Part shown: piece after piece, positions 53,567 through 63,271 of the stretch
How positions within the stretch are numbered: position 1 is the first letter of the stretch
Layout: every line of letters starts with the position of its first letter
Origin: Dehalococcoidia bacterium
Lineage (GTDB): Bacteria; Chloroflexota; Dehalococcoidia; Lucifugimonadales; CATOSD01
Length of the DNA stretch: 64,000 nucleotides
Assembly (NCBI GenBank): GCA_965204815.1
Contig: OZ242014.1
Span: forward strand, 1,512,532 to 1,576,531
Direction of reading: 5' to 3'
The notes under the pieces: generated by a model
The model's database searches: none
The model's input: the letters and a program-made list of their open reading frames with translations, nothing else
What the model was told of the DNA's origin: nothing
Position numbers and translations under genes: made by a program

Positions 53567-54532
53567 CTACACCCTGGAGGTTTCTGCGGCCAAAGCGTCC
53601 AGGTCGAAGCCCTCTTTGCGCACACGAAGATCGAAGTAGATCAGGACGCCGGCGATGTAGGCGAACGGGGTGACCACGACGGTAGCCACTCCTCCCACGA
53701 TGGCGCCCACGACTCCGGCGCCCTCCTCTCCACCCGCGATGCCGCCGACTATGCCGATCGGAATCGATATGACCATCGCCGCCGCGATTATGACTATGGC
53801 GAAGACCAGCCCGATGCCGAAGACTCGCCACCAGCTCCCGGTGACCAGGTCCCAGCTCCGACCCAATCCGGCTATTGGCCCCTTGCCCTCAATAACAACC
53901 GCATAGGCGCCGCTGAACCACCTGACGCCCAGCCAGATGGCGACCACTATCCCGGGGATCGTCAACAGCAGACCGACGATTATGAAGACAGCGCCTAGAG
54001 CTTCCGATTCGCCGCTACTGCCCCACGCGGAGGCCCAGGCGAACAGAAAGCCGACAATGAACAAAATGCCGCCCACAAGCAACATGCCGGCGACAACCAC
54101 CGTAACCACTATCGCCTGCGCTATGAGAAATACCCCCACCTGGAAGGCGTGCGAAAGGCAGTCCACCACGTCCACCTCGCCGCGAGTGTAGTGGCGCGCC
54201 ACCCCAAAGGCGATTGCGCCTGCGGTGATAATCGAGAGCGCGATAGAGGCGAGGATGAGGATTCCACCAAGCAGGGCCAGGGCCGGTTCTTCGGTCGCGA
54301 AGAACAGGTTGGCGAGCACGTTTGCGGCAGCGGGTATGGCCGCTATCGCGACGAATTGCCAGACGTGCGAGCGGTACACCTGTAGAGCCTCCCGCAGGAA
54401 GTCGCCCAGGCCCCTGGTCGGGATGGTCCCGCCGCCGGCCGGCGCTGCCGGCGCCGCGCCGAGCTCCACGCCGCATGACGCGCAATACCTGGCGTCGGGG
54501 GCGTTCGTGCGTCCGCAGTTCTGGCAGTCCAT
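53567..54532 (-). CDS. Zinc-ribbon N-terminus + polytopic membrane protein (paralog of 52499-53548)
   Basis: MDCQNCGRTNAPDARYCASCGVEL, multiple TM segments, C-terminus IYFDLRVRKEGFDL. Confidence 0.6.
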   Translation of the reverse strand: MDCQNCGRTNAPDARYCASCGVELGAAPAAPAGGGTIPTRGLGDFLREALQVYRSHVWQFVAIAAIPAAANVLANLFFATEEPALALLGGILILASIALSIITAGAIAFGVARHYTRGEVDVVDCLSHAFQVGVFLIAQAIVVTVVVAGMLLVGGILFIVGFLFAWASAWGSSGESEALGAVFIIVGLLLTIPGIVVAIWLGVRWFSGAYAVVIEGKGPIAGLGRSWDLVTGSWWRVFGIGLVFAIVIIAAAMVISIPIGIVGGIAGGEEGAGVVGAIVGGVATVVVTPFAYIAGVLIYFDLRVRKEGFDLDALAAETSRV

Positions 54533-54571
54533 GGTGTGCAGCTCCCTTCGCGTAACGGCGCTCGCGGTTCG

Positions 54572-57325
54572 CTAGTCTGCGGCCGCCGCCGCCGGCTTTG
54601 TCACGCGAGCCGGCAGCATCGGCAGCCCCGGAGTCTTGAGCATCGGGTCGGGCGAGTCGCTCGATTCCAGATCGAGAATCAGCTCGCCGAAGAGCTCGGT
54701 GGTGCTGACCACGCCCTTCAGCGGCCCGCTCATTCGAGCGACCCCGCTGAGCACGCCACGCGGATGGACCACTTCCACCCGCTCTCCGTCGGCCACGCCG
54801 AGTTCGCGAGCATCCTCCTCGTGAAGCTCGATCTCTGGCTCGCGGTCCACCGCGTACCGGTCGCCGTCCAGGTGCACGCCCGCGTCGACGTTAGGCCGGT
54901 GCAGCACGCGGCCCCGCGCCAGCAGGAAGGGATACTCGGAGCCGCTGCTCGGCTCCGTCGTCCGCATCGCCACCGGGCTCAGTACGGGTCTTGTCTCGCC
55001 GTCCGCGCCCAGTATGGCGGCGCCCCTGGAGCTATCGTCCGGGCAGGGCCACTGCACGCCGCCACCGAGCAGTCGGGGGTGCGAAAGGCCGGCGTAATCC
55101 GGGATAAGCGCGGCGAGCTCGTTGAAGACCGCGGCGCTGTCCGCGTAGTCGAACCCCTGGGCGCCCATCCGCTCCGCGATGCGGCACAGGATGCGCCAGT
55201 CCGGCTCCTCCTCCGCCTTGGGGCCCAGCGCGGGGCGCAGAAGCTGGACGCGGCGTTCGATGTTCGTGTACGTGCCGTCCTTCTCCGCGAACGTGGCCGA
55301 AGGCAGCACCACGTCGGCCAACTCGCTCACCTCGCTGGGGAACGTGTCCTGCACCAGCAGGAAGTCGAGCTCCTTCAGCGCCTCTACGAACTCGCCCAGT
55401 TCGCCGTTCGTGAACGAAGGGCTGTCGCCGATAATCTGGAGCGCTCTGATCTGCTTGCCGCGTATCGCCTCGGCCAGATCGCGTATCCCCACCCCCGGCG
55501 CGTCCGCCAGCGGCGCGTAGCCGGGCAGGTGCTCCGGCGAGCAGCCGACGTCCATAGACCCCTGCAGGTTCGCGCCGGTGAACAGCGGATAGACGCCGCC
55601 GGACTGCACGCCGAAGTTGCCCGTCAAAAGCGACAGATTGACGAGGGCGCGCGCGCACTCCTCCGCCTGGTCCACCGCGACGGTCTCCAGACCGTAGAGC
55701 ACCGAGGCCGGCTTGGCCCGAGCGAACGTGCGCGCGGCCTCCCGTATCCGGTCCTGGGGCACAGCCGTTTCGGCTTCCACTCTCAGCAGGTCGAAGCTCC
55801 ACAACGAGCGCTTCAGGCCGTCCAGCCCTTCGCACCTGTCGATGGTGAAGGCGTGGTCTTCGAGCGACTCGTCCACTATGGCGCGCAGCATCCCGCCTAT
55901 CAGCGCCGTCTCGCTGCCCGGGTTGGGGCGCAGCCAGATGTCGGCGTAGCGGGTAAGCTCGGTTTCGCGCTGGTCGATGACTATCAGCTTGGCGCCGTCT
56001 CTGACCGCGCCCTTGATCGGCACGGCGACGACGTTCTGCTCCTCGGTCATGTTGCTGGAAACGACGAGGAAGCAGCTCGACCCTTCCAGGTCCCAGATTG
56101 GGTTCGTCGCCCCGCGAGCGCCCAGCATCTCGGCCAGCGGCCTCACGAGTTCGGGTCTCAGGTTGGAAGAAACGTCCACGCTGCCGGAGTTCATCACCTC
56201 GCGGGCAAACCTCTGGGCGACGTAGTTGTCCTCGTTCGTGCCGCGCGGCGACGCTACCAGCGCGAACCCGTCGCCAACGTGGGCGGCGAGGCCCTCCGCC
56301 GCGGCGTCCAGCGCGTCGTGCCAACTCGCCTCCTCCAGTTGACCGCCGCGGCCCACCAGCGGGCGGCGAATCATCTGGCGCCGGTTGTTCACGAAGTCCA
56401 GCCCGAACTTGCCCTTGAAGCAGCCCTGGCCCCGGTTCGCCTCCCCGTTGCGGTCCGGAATCGCCCTTATCATACGGTTGCGCCTGTCGACCTCCAGCGT
56501 CATCTGGCAGCCGACCGGACACTGCGGGCAGATGCTCTGGATCTTCTGCACCGCCTTGTCCCATTTGTACTTGCGCTCCACCAGCGCCCCCGTGGGGCAC
56601 ACGTCGATGCAGGCGCCGCAGAACTCGCAACCCGATTCCAGCAGCGAGTTGCCCTGTGAGGTGCCTATGAGGCTGCGGCCCGATCTCTGCTGGAGCGTCA
56701 GCGCGTCGTCGCCCCGGACCTCGTCGCACACCCGCACGCAGCGGGCGCACACGATGCACAGGTTCATGTCCATTTCCCACATCGGGTCGGCGGTGGCCAG
56801 TGGCAGGTGCCTGTTGTTGTAGGTGAGCGGCGTGTCCAGCTCCATTTCCAGGTGGCGCACGGTGTCCTTCAACTCGCACCGCTCGTTCTTGGGACAGGTG
56901 AGGCACCGGTCGTTCACCGACACGTGCCGCAGGCAAATGCTGGAGGCCGACGGGCCGCACAACTCGATACGATGGCAGGTGAGGCAGCCGTGCGGGTGCT
57001 CCGCGATGAGCAGCTCCATGATGCCGCGCCGAAGGTCGGTCAGCCCGTCGGACTTGGTGGTAACGCGCATGCCCGGAGACACTGGCGTCGTGCAGGACGC
57101 CGGACTGCCCGGCAGAGGCCGGTACTCACCGTCTCGACCGGGCGCTTCCGCCGTGACGACGCACATGCGGCAGGCGCCGTAGGGCTTCATGCCCGGGTAG
57201 TAGCACAGGTACGGGATGTACATCCCCGCGTCCATGGCGGCCTGGATGATAGTGGCGCCGGGCTTGGCCTGCACCTCCACGCCGTCGATGGTTATCGTTA
57301 TCTCGGCCACTGTCGTCATAGCCAT
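54572..57325 (-). CDS. NuoG / NAD-dependent formate dehydrogenase alpha-like Fe-S + molybdopterin-fold subunit, lacking the Cys/Sec active-site motif
   Basis: N-terminal 2Fe-2S domain, HPHGCLTCHRIELC, two 4Fe-4S ferredoxin motifs, MopB-type CPQCPVGC. The position where FDH carries C/U-H reads VDVSSNLRPELV. Confidence 0.8.
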   Translation of the reverse strand: MAMTTVAEITITIDGVEVQAKPGATIIQAAMDAGMYIPYLCYYPGMKPYGACRMCVVTAEAPGRDGEYRPLPGSPASCTTPVSPGMRVTTKSDGLTDLRRGIMELLIAEHPHGCLTCHRIELCGPSASSICLRHVSVNDRCLTCPKNERCELKDTVRHLEMELDTPLTYNNRHLPLATADPMWEMDMNLCIVCARCVRVCDEVRGDDALTLQQRSGRSLIGTSQGNSLLESGCEFCGACIDVCPTGALVERKYKWDKAVQKIQSICPQCPVGCQMTLEVDRRNRMIRAIPDRNGEANRGQGCFKGKFGLDFVNNRRQMIRRPLVGRGGQLEEASWHDALDAAAEGLAAHVGDGFALVASPRGTNEDNYVAQRFAREVMNSGSVDVSSNLRPELVRPLAEMLGARGATNPIWDLEGSSCFLVVSSNMTEEQNVVAVPIKGAVRDGAKLIVIDQRETELTRYADIWLRPNPGSETALIGGMLRAIVDESLEDHAFTIDRCEGLDGLKRSLWSFDLLRVEAETAVPQDRIREAARTFARAKPASVLYGLETVAVDQAEECARALVNLSLLTGNFGVQSGGVYPLFTGANLQGSMDVGCSPEHLPGYAPLADAPGVGIRDLAEAIRGKQIRALQIIGDSPSFTNGELGEFVEALKELDFLLVQDTFPSEVSELADVVLPSATFAEKDGTYTNIERRVQLLRPALGPKAEEEPDWRILCRIAERMGAQGFDYADSAAVFNELAALIPDYAGLSHPRLLGGGVQWPCPDDSSRGAAILGADGETRPVLSPVAMRTTEPSSGSEYPFLLARGRVLHRPNVDAGVHLDGDRYAVDREPEIELHEEDARELGVADGERVEVVHPRGVLSGVARMSGPLKGVVSTTELFGELILDLESSDSPDPMLKTPGLPMLPARVTKPAAAAAD

Positions 57326-57415
57326 GTTCCCCTTGTGGTTGCCGCTTCCAACAGTCCCTTCCTCCTGCCAAGTGGAAGCTTAGAGCCCGTCCTGAGCCCG
57401 GCGCTTCACATAGTC

Positions 57416-57453
57416 CCTTCTCCCTCGCAGGGGGAAGGTTAGGACGGGGGTGA
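57416..57453 (+). repeat. Hairpin + GTTAGGACGGGGGTGA repeat family member; overlaps the last codons of the NuoF-like gene
   Basis: CCTTCTCCC / GGGGGAAGG stem with one mismatch, followed by TTAGGACGGGGGTGA. Confidence 0.55.
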
Positions 57454-59187
57454 AATCGCGGGCGTGTAGTCCCAGGCGTATGGCCTCGTGTTGACCGGCG
57501 AAATCATGGGCGCGCCGCAGCTTCCCGTCGGGCAGCGCCCGTCCTCTATGTGCGCCCTGAAGTCCGCCTGGAAGTGCGCGAAAGCGGACCTGATGGGTCC
57601 GAACCCCAGTTGGCCGTGGCCGCACAGCGACCCCGCCTCCATCGTGGCGCCGACCTTGCGCATCAAGTCCATGTCTCCCGGCCGGCTTTCGCAGCGTGCG
57701 ATCCTCTCCACGATCTCCAGCAGGTGCTCCATGCCCAGCCGGCACGGGAAGCACTTTCCGCAGGACTCGTACTGGCAGAACGCCACCAGCACGCGCGTCA
57801 GGTCCACGGCGCAGGTGTCCTCGTCGGCCACGATGATGCCGCCCGAGCCGAAGATCGCCCCCGCCGCGCGCATCTCGTCGAAGTCGATGTGAATGTCCAG
57901 GCTGCCGGCGCCCAGCACGCCGCCGAGCGGCCCTCCCGTCTGGAGCAGCTTCAGCTTCTTGCCGTCGGGCACACCGCCGCCGACGTCGTTGATCACCTCG
58001 CCCAGCGTCATACCCATGGGCACCTCGTAAAGGCCGGGGTACCTAATCTTGCCGTTGAGGCAGGCTATAGCGGTGCCGGTGCTGCGGTTGACGCCTATGG
58101 AGGAGAACCACTCCGCGCCGCGGGAGATTATCTCCGGCGCGTACGATAGCGTCTTCACGTTGTTGATGTTGCTGGGCTTACCCCAGACGCCCGAAGCCGC
58201 CGGGAAGGGTGGCCTCGGCCTGGGCTGGGCGCGCTTGCCCTCTATCGAGTCCATCAGCGCCGTCTCTTCGCCCGACACGTAGGACTCGCCGGTCAGCGCG
58301 ACCTCGATATCGAAGCTGAAGCCCGACCCCAGGATGTTCTCTCCGAGCAGACCCAGTTCGTAGGCCTGCTCTATCGCGCTGCGTGTGCGATCTATCGGCC
58401 CGTCGTGGCCGTGCCGGATGAACACGAAACCGTTGGTGGAATTGGTGGCGTACCCCGCGATTGTCATGCCCTCTATGAGCGTGAACGGGTCGCTCTCCAG
58501 AATGCCCTTGTCGTTGTAGGCCCCCGGGTCGCCCTCCTCGCAGTTGCAGAGGATGTACTTTGGCGGTCCGGGAGACCCGACCAGGAAGCTCCACTTGATG
58601 CCGGTGGGGAAGGCCGCGCCGCCTCGTCCTCGCAGCCCGGAGTCGGTTATCTCCTTGATGACGTCGGGCGGCTCCATCTCGAACAGCGCCTTGTTCAGGC
58701 CCCTGTAGCCGTCGTTGGCGAGATACTGGTAGATGTCGTCGAACGCGATGTTGCCGGCGTTTCGCAGCGCCACGCGCTGCTGGAGCTTGATTCCCGGCAA
58801 CTCGGCGAGGTCCGGGACGCCCGGCACGGGCGATTCGCCCAGGTATCCCAGCGCCTTGTCGCCGGGGACCTCTCCTTTTGCCACGTAGGCGTCGATTATC
58901 GCCGGAACGTCGGCGGGCCCCACGTTCTGGAAGAACAGCCGCGAGCCGCCCGGCAGCGTCACGTCCACCAGCGGCTCGGCGTAGCAGATGCCCAGGCAGC
59001 CGACCTCGTCCACCTCCGCGTCCACGCCCAGGCGCTCGAGCGTCTCGAGTATCGCGCCGAGCGTGTCGTAAGCCCCGGCGGCGTGCCCGCACATCGCGGT
59101 GCCCACCCTTATCCACGGCTTCGACCCGTTCACCAGGTCGCCCCAGCGCCGGTCGGCCTCCGATTTCAGCTCGTGCAGATCGGGCAT
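57439..59187 (-). CDS. NuoF-like NADH-binding flavoprotein subunit with N-terminal thioredoxin-like 2Fe-2S domain
   Basis: GLRGRGGAAFPTG FMN/NADH site, ESCGKCFPCR 4Fe-4S motif; 582 aa. Confidence 0.85.
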   Translation of the reverse strand: MPDLHELKSEADRRWGDLVNGSKPWIRVGTAMCGHAAGAYDTLGAILETLERLGVDAEVDEVGCLGICYAEPLVDVTLPGGSRLFFQNVGPADVPAIIDAYVAKGEVPGDKALGYLGESPVPGVPDLAELPGIKLQQRVALRNAGNIAFDDIYQYLANDGYRGLNKALFEMEPPDVIKEITDSGLRGRGGAAFPTGIKWSFLVGSPGPPKYILCNCEEGDPGAYNDKGILESDPFTLIEGMTIAGYATNSTNGFVFIRHGHDGPIDRTRSAIEQAYELGLLGENILGSGFSFDIEVALTGESYVSGEETALMDSIEGKRAQPRPRPPFPAASGVWGKPSNINNVKTLSYAPEIISRGAEWFSSIGVNRSTGTAIACLNGKIRYPGLYEVPMGMTLGEVINDVGGGVPDGKKLKLLQTGGPLGGVLGAGSLDIHIDFDEMRAAGAIFGSGGIIVADEDTCAVDLTRVLVAFCQYESCGKCFPCRLGMEHLLEIVERIARCESRPGDMDLMRKVGATMEAGSLCGHGQLGFGPIRSAFAHFQADFRAHIEDGRCPTGSCGAPMISPVNTRPYAWDYTPAISPPS

Positions 59188-59199
59188 GGGAAACGTCCT

Positions 59200-59679
59200 C
59201 TAGGCCCCGTCTCTCGCCTCTGAGACGTGGGCGAGCGCCTTGTCGACGGTCAGCCGGCCTACCAGTTCGTGGTCCACCATCAACACCGGCGCCTGCGAGC
59301 AGGCGCCCAGGCAGGTGTTGTACTTGAGACTGGTCCGGTTGCCCTCCGTCTCGCCCTCATCCTCCAGACCGAGTTCGTCCATTATGGCTCTGAGGATATG
59401 GGGCGCGCCAAGCAGGTGGCACGTAGGGCCCCAGCACACCTCTACCACGCGGTCGCCGGGGGGAGTGAATCGAAAGTTGGTGTAGAAGCTGGCCACGCCC
59501 CACACTTCGTTGACGGTCGTGTCCATGCGGGAGGCCACTTCCTCCAAAGCCTCGTCGGGCAGGTATCCGATTTCGTCCTGAACGGCCAGCAGGCAGGATA
59601 ACACCGTTATCGTCGTCTGAGTCTGATACGACACCGCAGAGCGTATCCGCTCCCTCAGTTGCCCGCCATCCTGGTCCAA
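59200..59679 (-). CDS. NuoE-like thioredoxin-fold 2Fe-2S subunit
   Basis: VCWGPTCHLLGA ... CLGACSQAPVLMVD cysteine pattern; 159 aa. Confidence 0.8.
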   Translation of the reverse strand: MDQDGGQLRERIRSAVSYQTQTTITVLSCLLAVQDEIGYLPDEALEEVASRMDTTVNEVWGVASFYTNFRFTPPGDRVVEVCWGPTCHLLGAPHILRAIMDELGLEDEGETEGNRTSLKYNTCLGACSQAPVLMVDHELVGRLTVDKALAHVSEARDGA

Positions 59680-59806
59680 CGGCTGCGTCTCCTCTTCGCC
59701 CTCTGCCGCGTGCTCATCGGCTTCCTGCCCGCCGATTCCGTAACAGGATAAGCCCTAACGTGTTGCGGCGCAAGCCGACGCCCCGTTGATGGCGTAGGCG
59801 GCTGCG

Positions 59807-59815
59807 TGGTAGAAT
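59807..59815 (+). promoter_or_regulatory. Extended -10 element (TGgTAGAAT) upstream of the ABC exporter gene
   Basis: TGGTAGAAT at 59807-59815, with TTGATG 18 nt upstream of the hexamer. Confidence 0.3.
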
Positions 59816-59879
59816 CGAACGCTCTTACGGATTGCCTTACAATTCAAGCGCCTGCAGATTGGTCGGAGATTCGAGCGAC

Positions 59880-61781
59880 ATGGCGGAAACCCCTCCAACA
59901 GGTACCCCCGACAGACCCAAAAGGCTGGTGAGACGTGCGGTGGCGTCCTTCAGGCCCTACCGGCTCAGCGTCGTCGGAATAGCGCTGCTCATCATCGTCA
60001 CCGCGGGGCTCGGCGTGGTCAATCCCTTGCTCATACGCGAGGTGTTCGACTCGGCTCTGTTCCCGTCGTCCGGCTCCCCGGACCTGGCCCTGCTGTGGAC
60101 TCTGGCCGGCGTCATGGCCGCGGTCACGGTGATTACCGGGGGTTTCGGAATAGTCCAGACCTACATGACCAACTCGGTGGGCCAGCGCGTGATGCGTGAC
60201 CTGCGCGACAGGCTCTACGCGCACCTTCAGAGCCTGTCTCTGGGCTTTTTCACCTCCACTCGCACCGGCGAAATCCAGTCTCGCATCGCCAACGACGTTG
60301 GAGGCGTACAGAACGTCGTCACCAACACGGTGTCCAACGTACTGTCCAACGTGGTCATAGTCATCAGCACACTCGCGGCGATGACCATTCTCTCCTGGCA
60401 ACTCACGCTGGTTGCGGTCGGCGCCGCTCCGGTATTCCTGTTGCTCACGAAGGTAGTGGGCGACCGGCGCCGCGCGGTCACGGCGGAGTCCCAGAAGGCG
60501 GCTGCCGACATGACCGCGACGACGCAGGAGACCCTCTCCATATCCGGCATCATGCTGGCCAAGCTCTTCGGCAGGCAGAACCAGGAAGTGCGGCGCTTCC
60601 ACGGCGAGAACCAGAGGCTCGCCGACCTTTCGGTGCGCCTCCAGATGACAGGCCAGGCCTTCTTCGCCCTCATCCAGATATTCTTCTCCATCTCTCCGGT
60701 GGCAATCTATGTGATAACCGGCTATCTGCTCACCGGGGGCGTGTCGGGAGGAATCACCGCCGGCACCATCGTCGCCTTCACCACGCTCCAGGCGAGGCTG
60801 TTCTTTCCGCTGGGCAGTCTCCTCCAGGTGTCCGTCGAGCTCCAGTCCTCGCTCGCCCTCTTCGAGCGCATATTCGGCTACCTGGACGTCGACCCCGACA
60901 TCACGGACTCATCTGACGCCGTGGATATAGCCCCCGAGCGGGTGAGGGGCTGGGTCTCCTTCGATTCGGTCCGGCTGTCCTACGGGGGCGACGTGAATGA
61001 AGGCGTGGCGGAACAGCGCTGGGCGCTGGACGGGGTCAGCTTCCAAATCGAGCCGGGCCAGCTTGCCGCCTTCGTGGGGCCGAGCGGCGCGGGCAAGACG
61101 ACCATCTCGTACCTGATACCCCGGCTCTACGACCCCACCGGGGGTTCGGTGCGGATCGACGGCATCGACGTCAGGGAAATCAGCCTGTCCAGCCTGGCGC
61201 GCCTCACCGGCTACGTGACCCAGGAGAGCTACCTCTTCCACGCCAGCATTCGCGACAACCTGCTCTACGGCAACCCCGATGCCACCCAGGACGAGATAGA
61301 GACCGCGGCCCGTGCGGCACAGATTCACGACAGGATCATGGAGTTCCCCGACGGCTACGACACCGTAGTCGGCGAAAGGGGCTACAGGCTCTCCGGGGGC
61401 GAGCGCCAACGCCTGTCGATAGCCCGTGTGGTCCTTCACGATCCGCGCGTGCTTATCCTGGACGAGGCCACCTCCGCTCTGGACACTGCTAGCGAGCGCC
61501 AGGTGCAGGCCGCGCTGCAGCCCTTGATGCGGGACAGGACCACCATCGCCATAGCACATCGCCTCTCCACGATACTGTCCGCGGACGTGATATTCGCGAT
61601 CGACCGGGGCAGGATAGTGGAGCAGGGTACCCACGAGGAGTTGCTCCAACAGCGCGGGCTGTACGCCCGGCTCTACGAGGAGCAGTTCGAGGGCGGACGT
61701 GTCGAAATCCGCTGCGAGGACGGTTTGTTGCTTTGCGACGGCACCATCCAACGCTACGAAGAGCCGGCGCTGACGCTCTGA
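59880..61781 (+). CDS. ABC exporter, fused permease/ATPase (MsbA-like)
   Basis: Six-TM N-terminal half, Walker [10 protein letters not shown], signature LSGGERQR, Walker [11 protein letters not shown]. The start was chosen at the internal Met MAETPP. Confidence 0.85.
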   Translation: MAETPPTGTPDRPKRLVRRAVASFRPYRLSVVGIALLIIVTAGLGVVNPLLIREVFDSALFPSSGSPDLALLWTLAGVMAAVTVITGGFGIVQTYMTNSVGQRVMRDLRDRLYAHLQSLSLGFFTSTRTGEIQSRIANDVGGVQNVVTNTVSNVLSNVVIVISTLAAMTILSWQLTLVAVGAAPVFLLLTKVVGDRRRAVTAESQKAAADMTATTQETLSISGIMLAKLFGRQNQEVRRFHGENQRLADLSVRLQMTGQAFFALIQIFFSISPVAIYVITGYLLTGGVSGGITAGTIVAFTTLQARLFFPLGSLLQVSVELQSSLALFERIFGYLDVDPDITDSSDAVDIAPERVRGWVSFDSVRLSYGGDVNEGVAEQRWALDGVSFQIEPGQLAAFVGPSGAGKTTISYLIPRLYDPTGGSVRIDGIDVREISLSSLARLTGYVTQESYLFHASIRDNLLYGNPDATQDEIETAARAAQIHDRIMEFPDGYDTVVGERGYRLSGGERQRLSIARVVLHDPRVLILDEATSALDTASERQVQAALQPLMRDRTTIAIAHRLSTILSADVIFAIDRGRIVEQGTHEELLQQRGLYARLYEEQFEGGRVEIRCEDGLLLCDGTIQRYEEPALTL

Positions 61782-61856
61782 GCTACTCGCGCCGGAGTGG
61801 GCACCGCTTGCCGACATCCCTCCCACCCACTACAATGGTGGCGGAATCGAGGCCGT

Positions 61857-61944
61857 GGAGGGGTGGCCGAGCGGCTTAAGGCACTGGTCTTGAAAACCGG
61901 CATCTCGAAAGGGATCATGGGTTCGAATCCCATCCCCTCCGCCA
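61857..61944 (+). tRNA. tRNA-Ser (anticodon UGA), with encoded CCA
   Basis: Acceptor stem GGAGGGG / CCCCTCC, D-loop GCCGAGCGG, anticodon loop CTTGAAA, long variable arm, T-arm GGGTTCGAATCCC, 3' GCCA. Confidence 0.9.
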
Positions 61945-61971
61945 GAATTCAACGGCCGCCTTGTGGCGACA

Positions 61972-61997
61972 GCGACGGTGCGTATGCGTACCGTCGC
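61972..61997 (+). terminator. Strong hairpin downstream of tRNA-Ser (possible terminator/processing site; no U-tract)
   Basis: GCGACGGTGCG / CGTACCGTCGC form an 11-bp stem (one G-U pair) with a TATG loop. Confidence 0.35.
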
Positions 61998-62039
61998 GCG
62001 CCGAGAGGCTCACCCCGCCCGACTTCCCGGAGTGTTTGA

Positions 62040-63197
62040 ATGAAGCTTCACGAATATCAGGCCAAGCGCATCCTCGCCGAGCGCGGCGTGCCCGTGCCGA
62101 GGGGCAGTCTGGCCACAACGCCGGACGAGGCCGAGAGCGCCGCGCGCGATCTTGGCGGCAAGGCCGTGCTCAAGGCCCAGGTGCACGCGGGCGGACGCGG
62201 CAGGGCCGGCGGAGTGAAGCTGGCCGACTCGCCCGAGGAAGCGCGCGCCGTGGCCGAGGCAATGCTTGGATCCCAGCTCGTCACCGCGCAGACGGGTCCC
62301 GGCGGCGTGCCCGTGCGGTCGGTCCTCGTTGAGGAGATCATCGAGGTCGAGCGCGAACTCTACGTCGGCATGGTCATCGACGGTGCCGCGCTCGGCGCGG
62401 TGGTCATGGCCAGCGAGGCCGGCGGTGTGGACATCGAGGAGGTCGCCGAGCGGACGCCGGAGCTCATTCTGCGCGCGCCCGTGGACCCCATGCTGGGATT
62501 CGTGCCCTACCAGGGCCGCGCCCTCGCCTACGGCCTCAACCTGCCCGGCAGCCTCGTGCGCCAGGGCGGCGCCATCCTCGAACGCCTCTACGCCGTGTTC
62601 GAGGAGCACGACTGCTCGCTGGCCGAGATCAACCCGCTGGTGGTCACGAAGGACGGCCGGCTGCTCGCGGTGGACGCCAAGCTCGACGTGGACGACGATG
62701 CGCTCTTCCGCCACGCTAACGTCGCCGAGCTACGGGACATAGAGCAAGAGGCCCCGCTCGAGGTCGAAGCTCGCCGGTACGACATCAACTACGTCAAGCT
62801 TGATGGCAGCATCGGCTGCATCGTGAACGGCGCGGGACTTGCCATGGCGACCATGGACGTGATAGCCGCGGCGGGCGCGTCGCCGGCAAACTTCCTCGAC
62901 ATCGGAGGCGGCGCGGACGAGGAGAAGACCGCCGCGTCGCTTAGCCTTGTGCTGAAAGATCCCAGCGTCGCAACCGTATTCGTCAACATCTTCGGCGGCA
63001 TCCTTCGCTGCGACGTGGCGGCCCGCGGGTTCGTTCTCACGGCCGAGCGCGAACCGGAGTCGATGCGCCCGATGGTGGTCCGTATGCTCGGCGCCAACGC
63101 GGAAGAGGGGCGCGAGATACTGGCGGAATCGGGCCTCGACGTAACGCTCGTCGAAGACCTGAACCAGTCCGCCGACGCGATAAAGGCGTACAATTAG
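62040..63197 (+). CDS. sucC: Succinate--CoA ligase (ADP-forming) beta subunit
   Basis: MKLHEYQAKRILAERGVPVP N-terminus, ATP-grasp domain, GIVNGAGLAMATMD motif; 385 aa. Confidence 0.9.
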   Translation: MKLHEYQAKRILAERGVPVPRGSLATTPDEAESAARDLGGKAVLKAQVHAGGRGRAGGVKLADSPEEARAVAEAMLGSQLVTAQTGPGGVPVRSVLVEEIIEVERELYVGMVIDGAALGAVVMASEAGGVDIEEVAERTPELILRAPVDPMLGFVPYQGRALAYGLNLPGSLVRQGGAILERLYAVFEEHDCSLAEINPLVVTKDGRLLAVDAKLDVDDDALFRHANVAELRDIEQEAPLEVEARRYDINYVKLDGSIGCIVNGAGLAMATMDVIAAAGASPANFLDIGGGADEEKTAASLSLVLKDPSVATVFVNIFGGILRCDVAARGFVLTAEREPESMRPMVVRMLGANAEEGREILAESGLDVTLVEDLNQSADAIKAYN

Positions 63198-63200
63198 CCT

Positions 63201-63237
63201 CCTCTCCCTTGATGGGAGAGGATTGAGGTGAGGGTGA
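63201..63237 (+). repeat. Hairpin + ATTGAGGTGAGGGTGA repeat family member (between sucC and sucD)
   Basis: CCTCTCCC / GGGAGAGG 8-bp stem, loop TTGAT, followed by ATTGAGGTGAGGGTGA. Confidence 0.55.
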
Positions 63238-63271
63238 AACGGTTGGCGCGAACAAAGGACTGTCCAAACAC

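Noticed and set aside
54572-57325. FdhA-like gene as a second selenoprotein
   Set aside because: The 917-codon frame is uninterrupted with no in-frame TGA, and the expected (C/U)-H active-site motif is absent altogether.
61857-61944. Possibility that the long-variable-arm tRNA is tRNA-Sec, given the Sec-containing selD
   Set aside because: The anticodon loop reads CT-TGA-AA, so the anticodon is UGA, which decodes UCA (Ser), not UCA as required for Sec. The 7-bp acceptor stem and overall layout fit tRNA-Ser.
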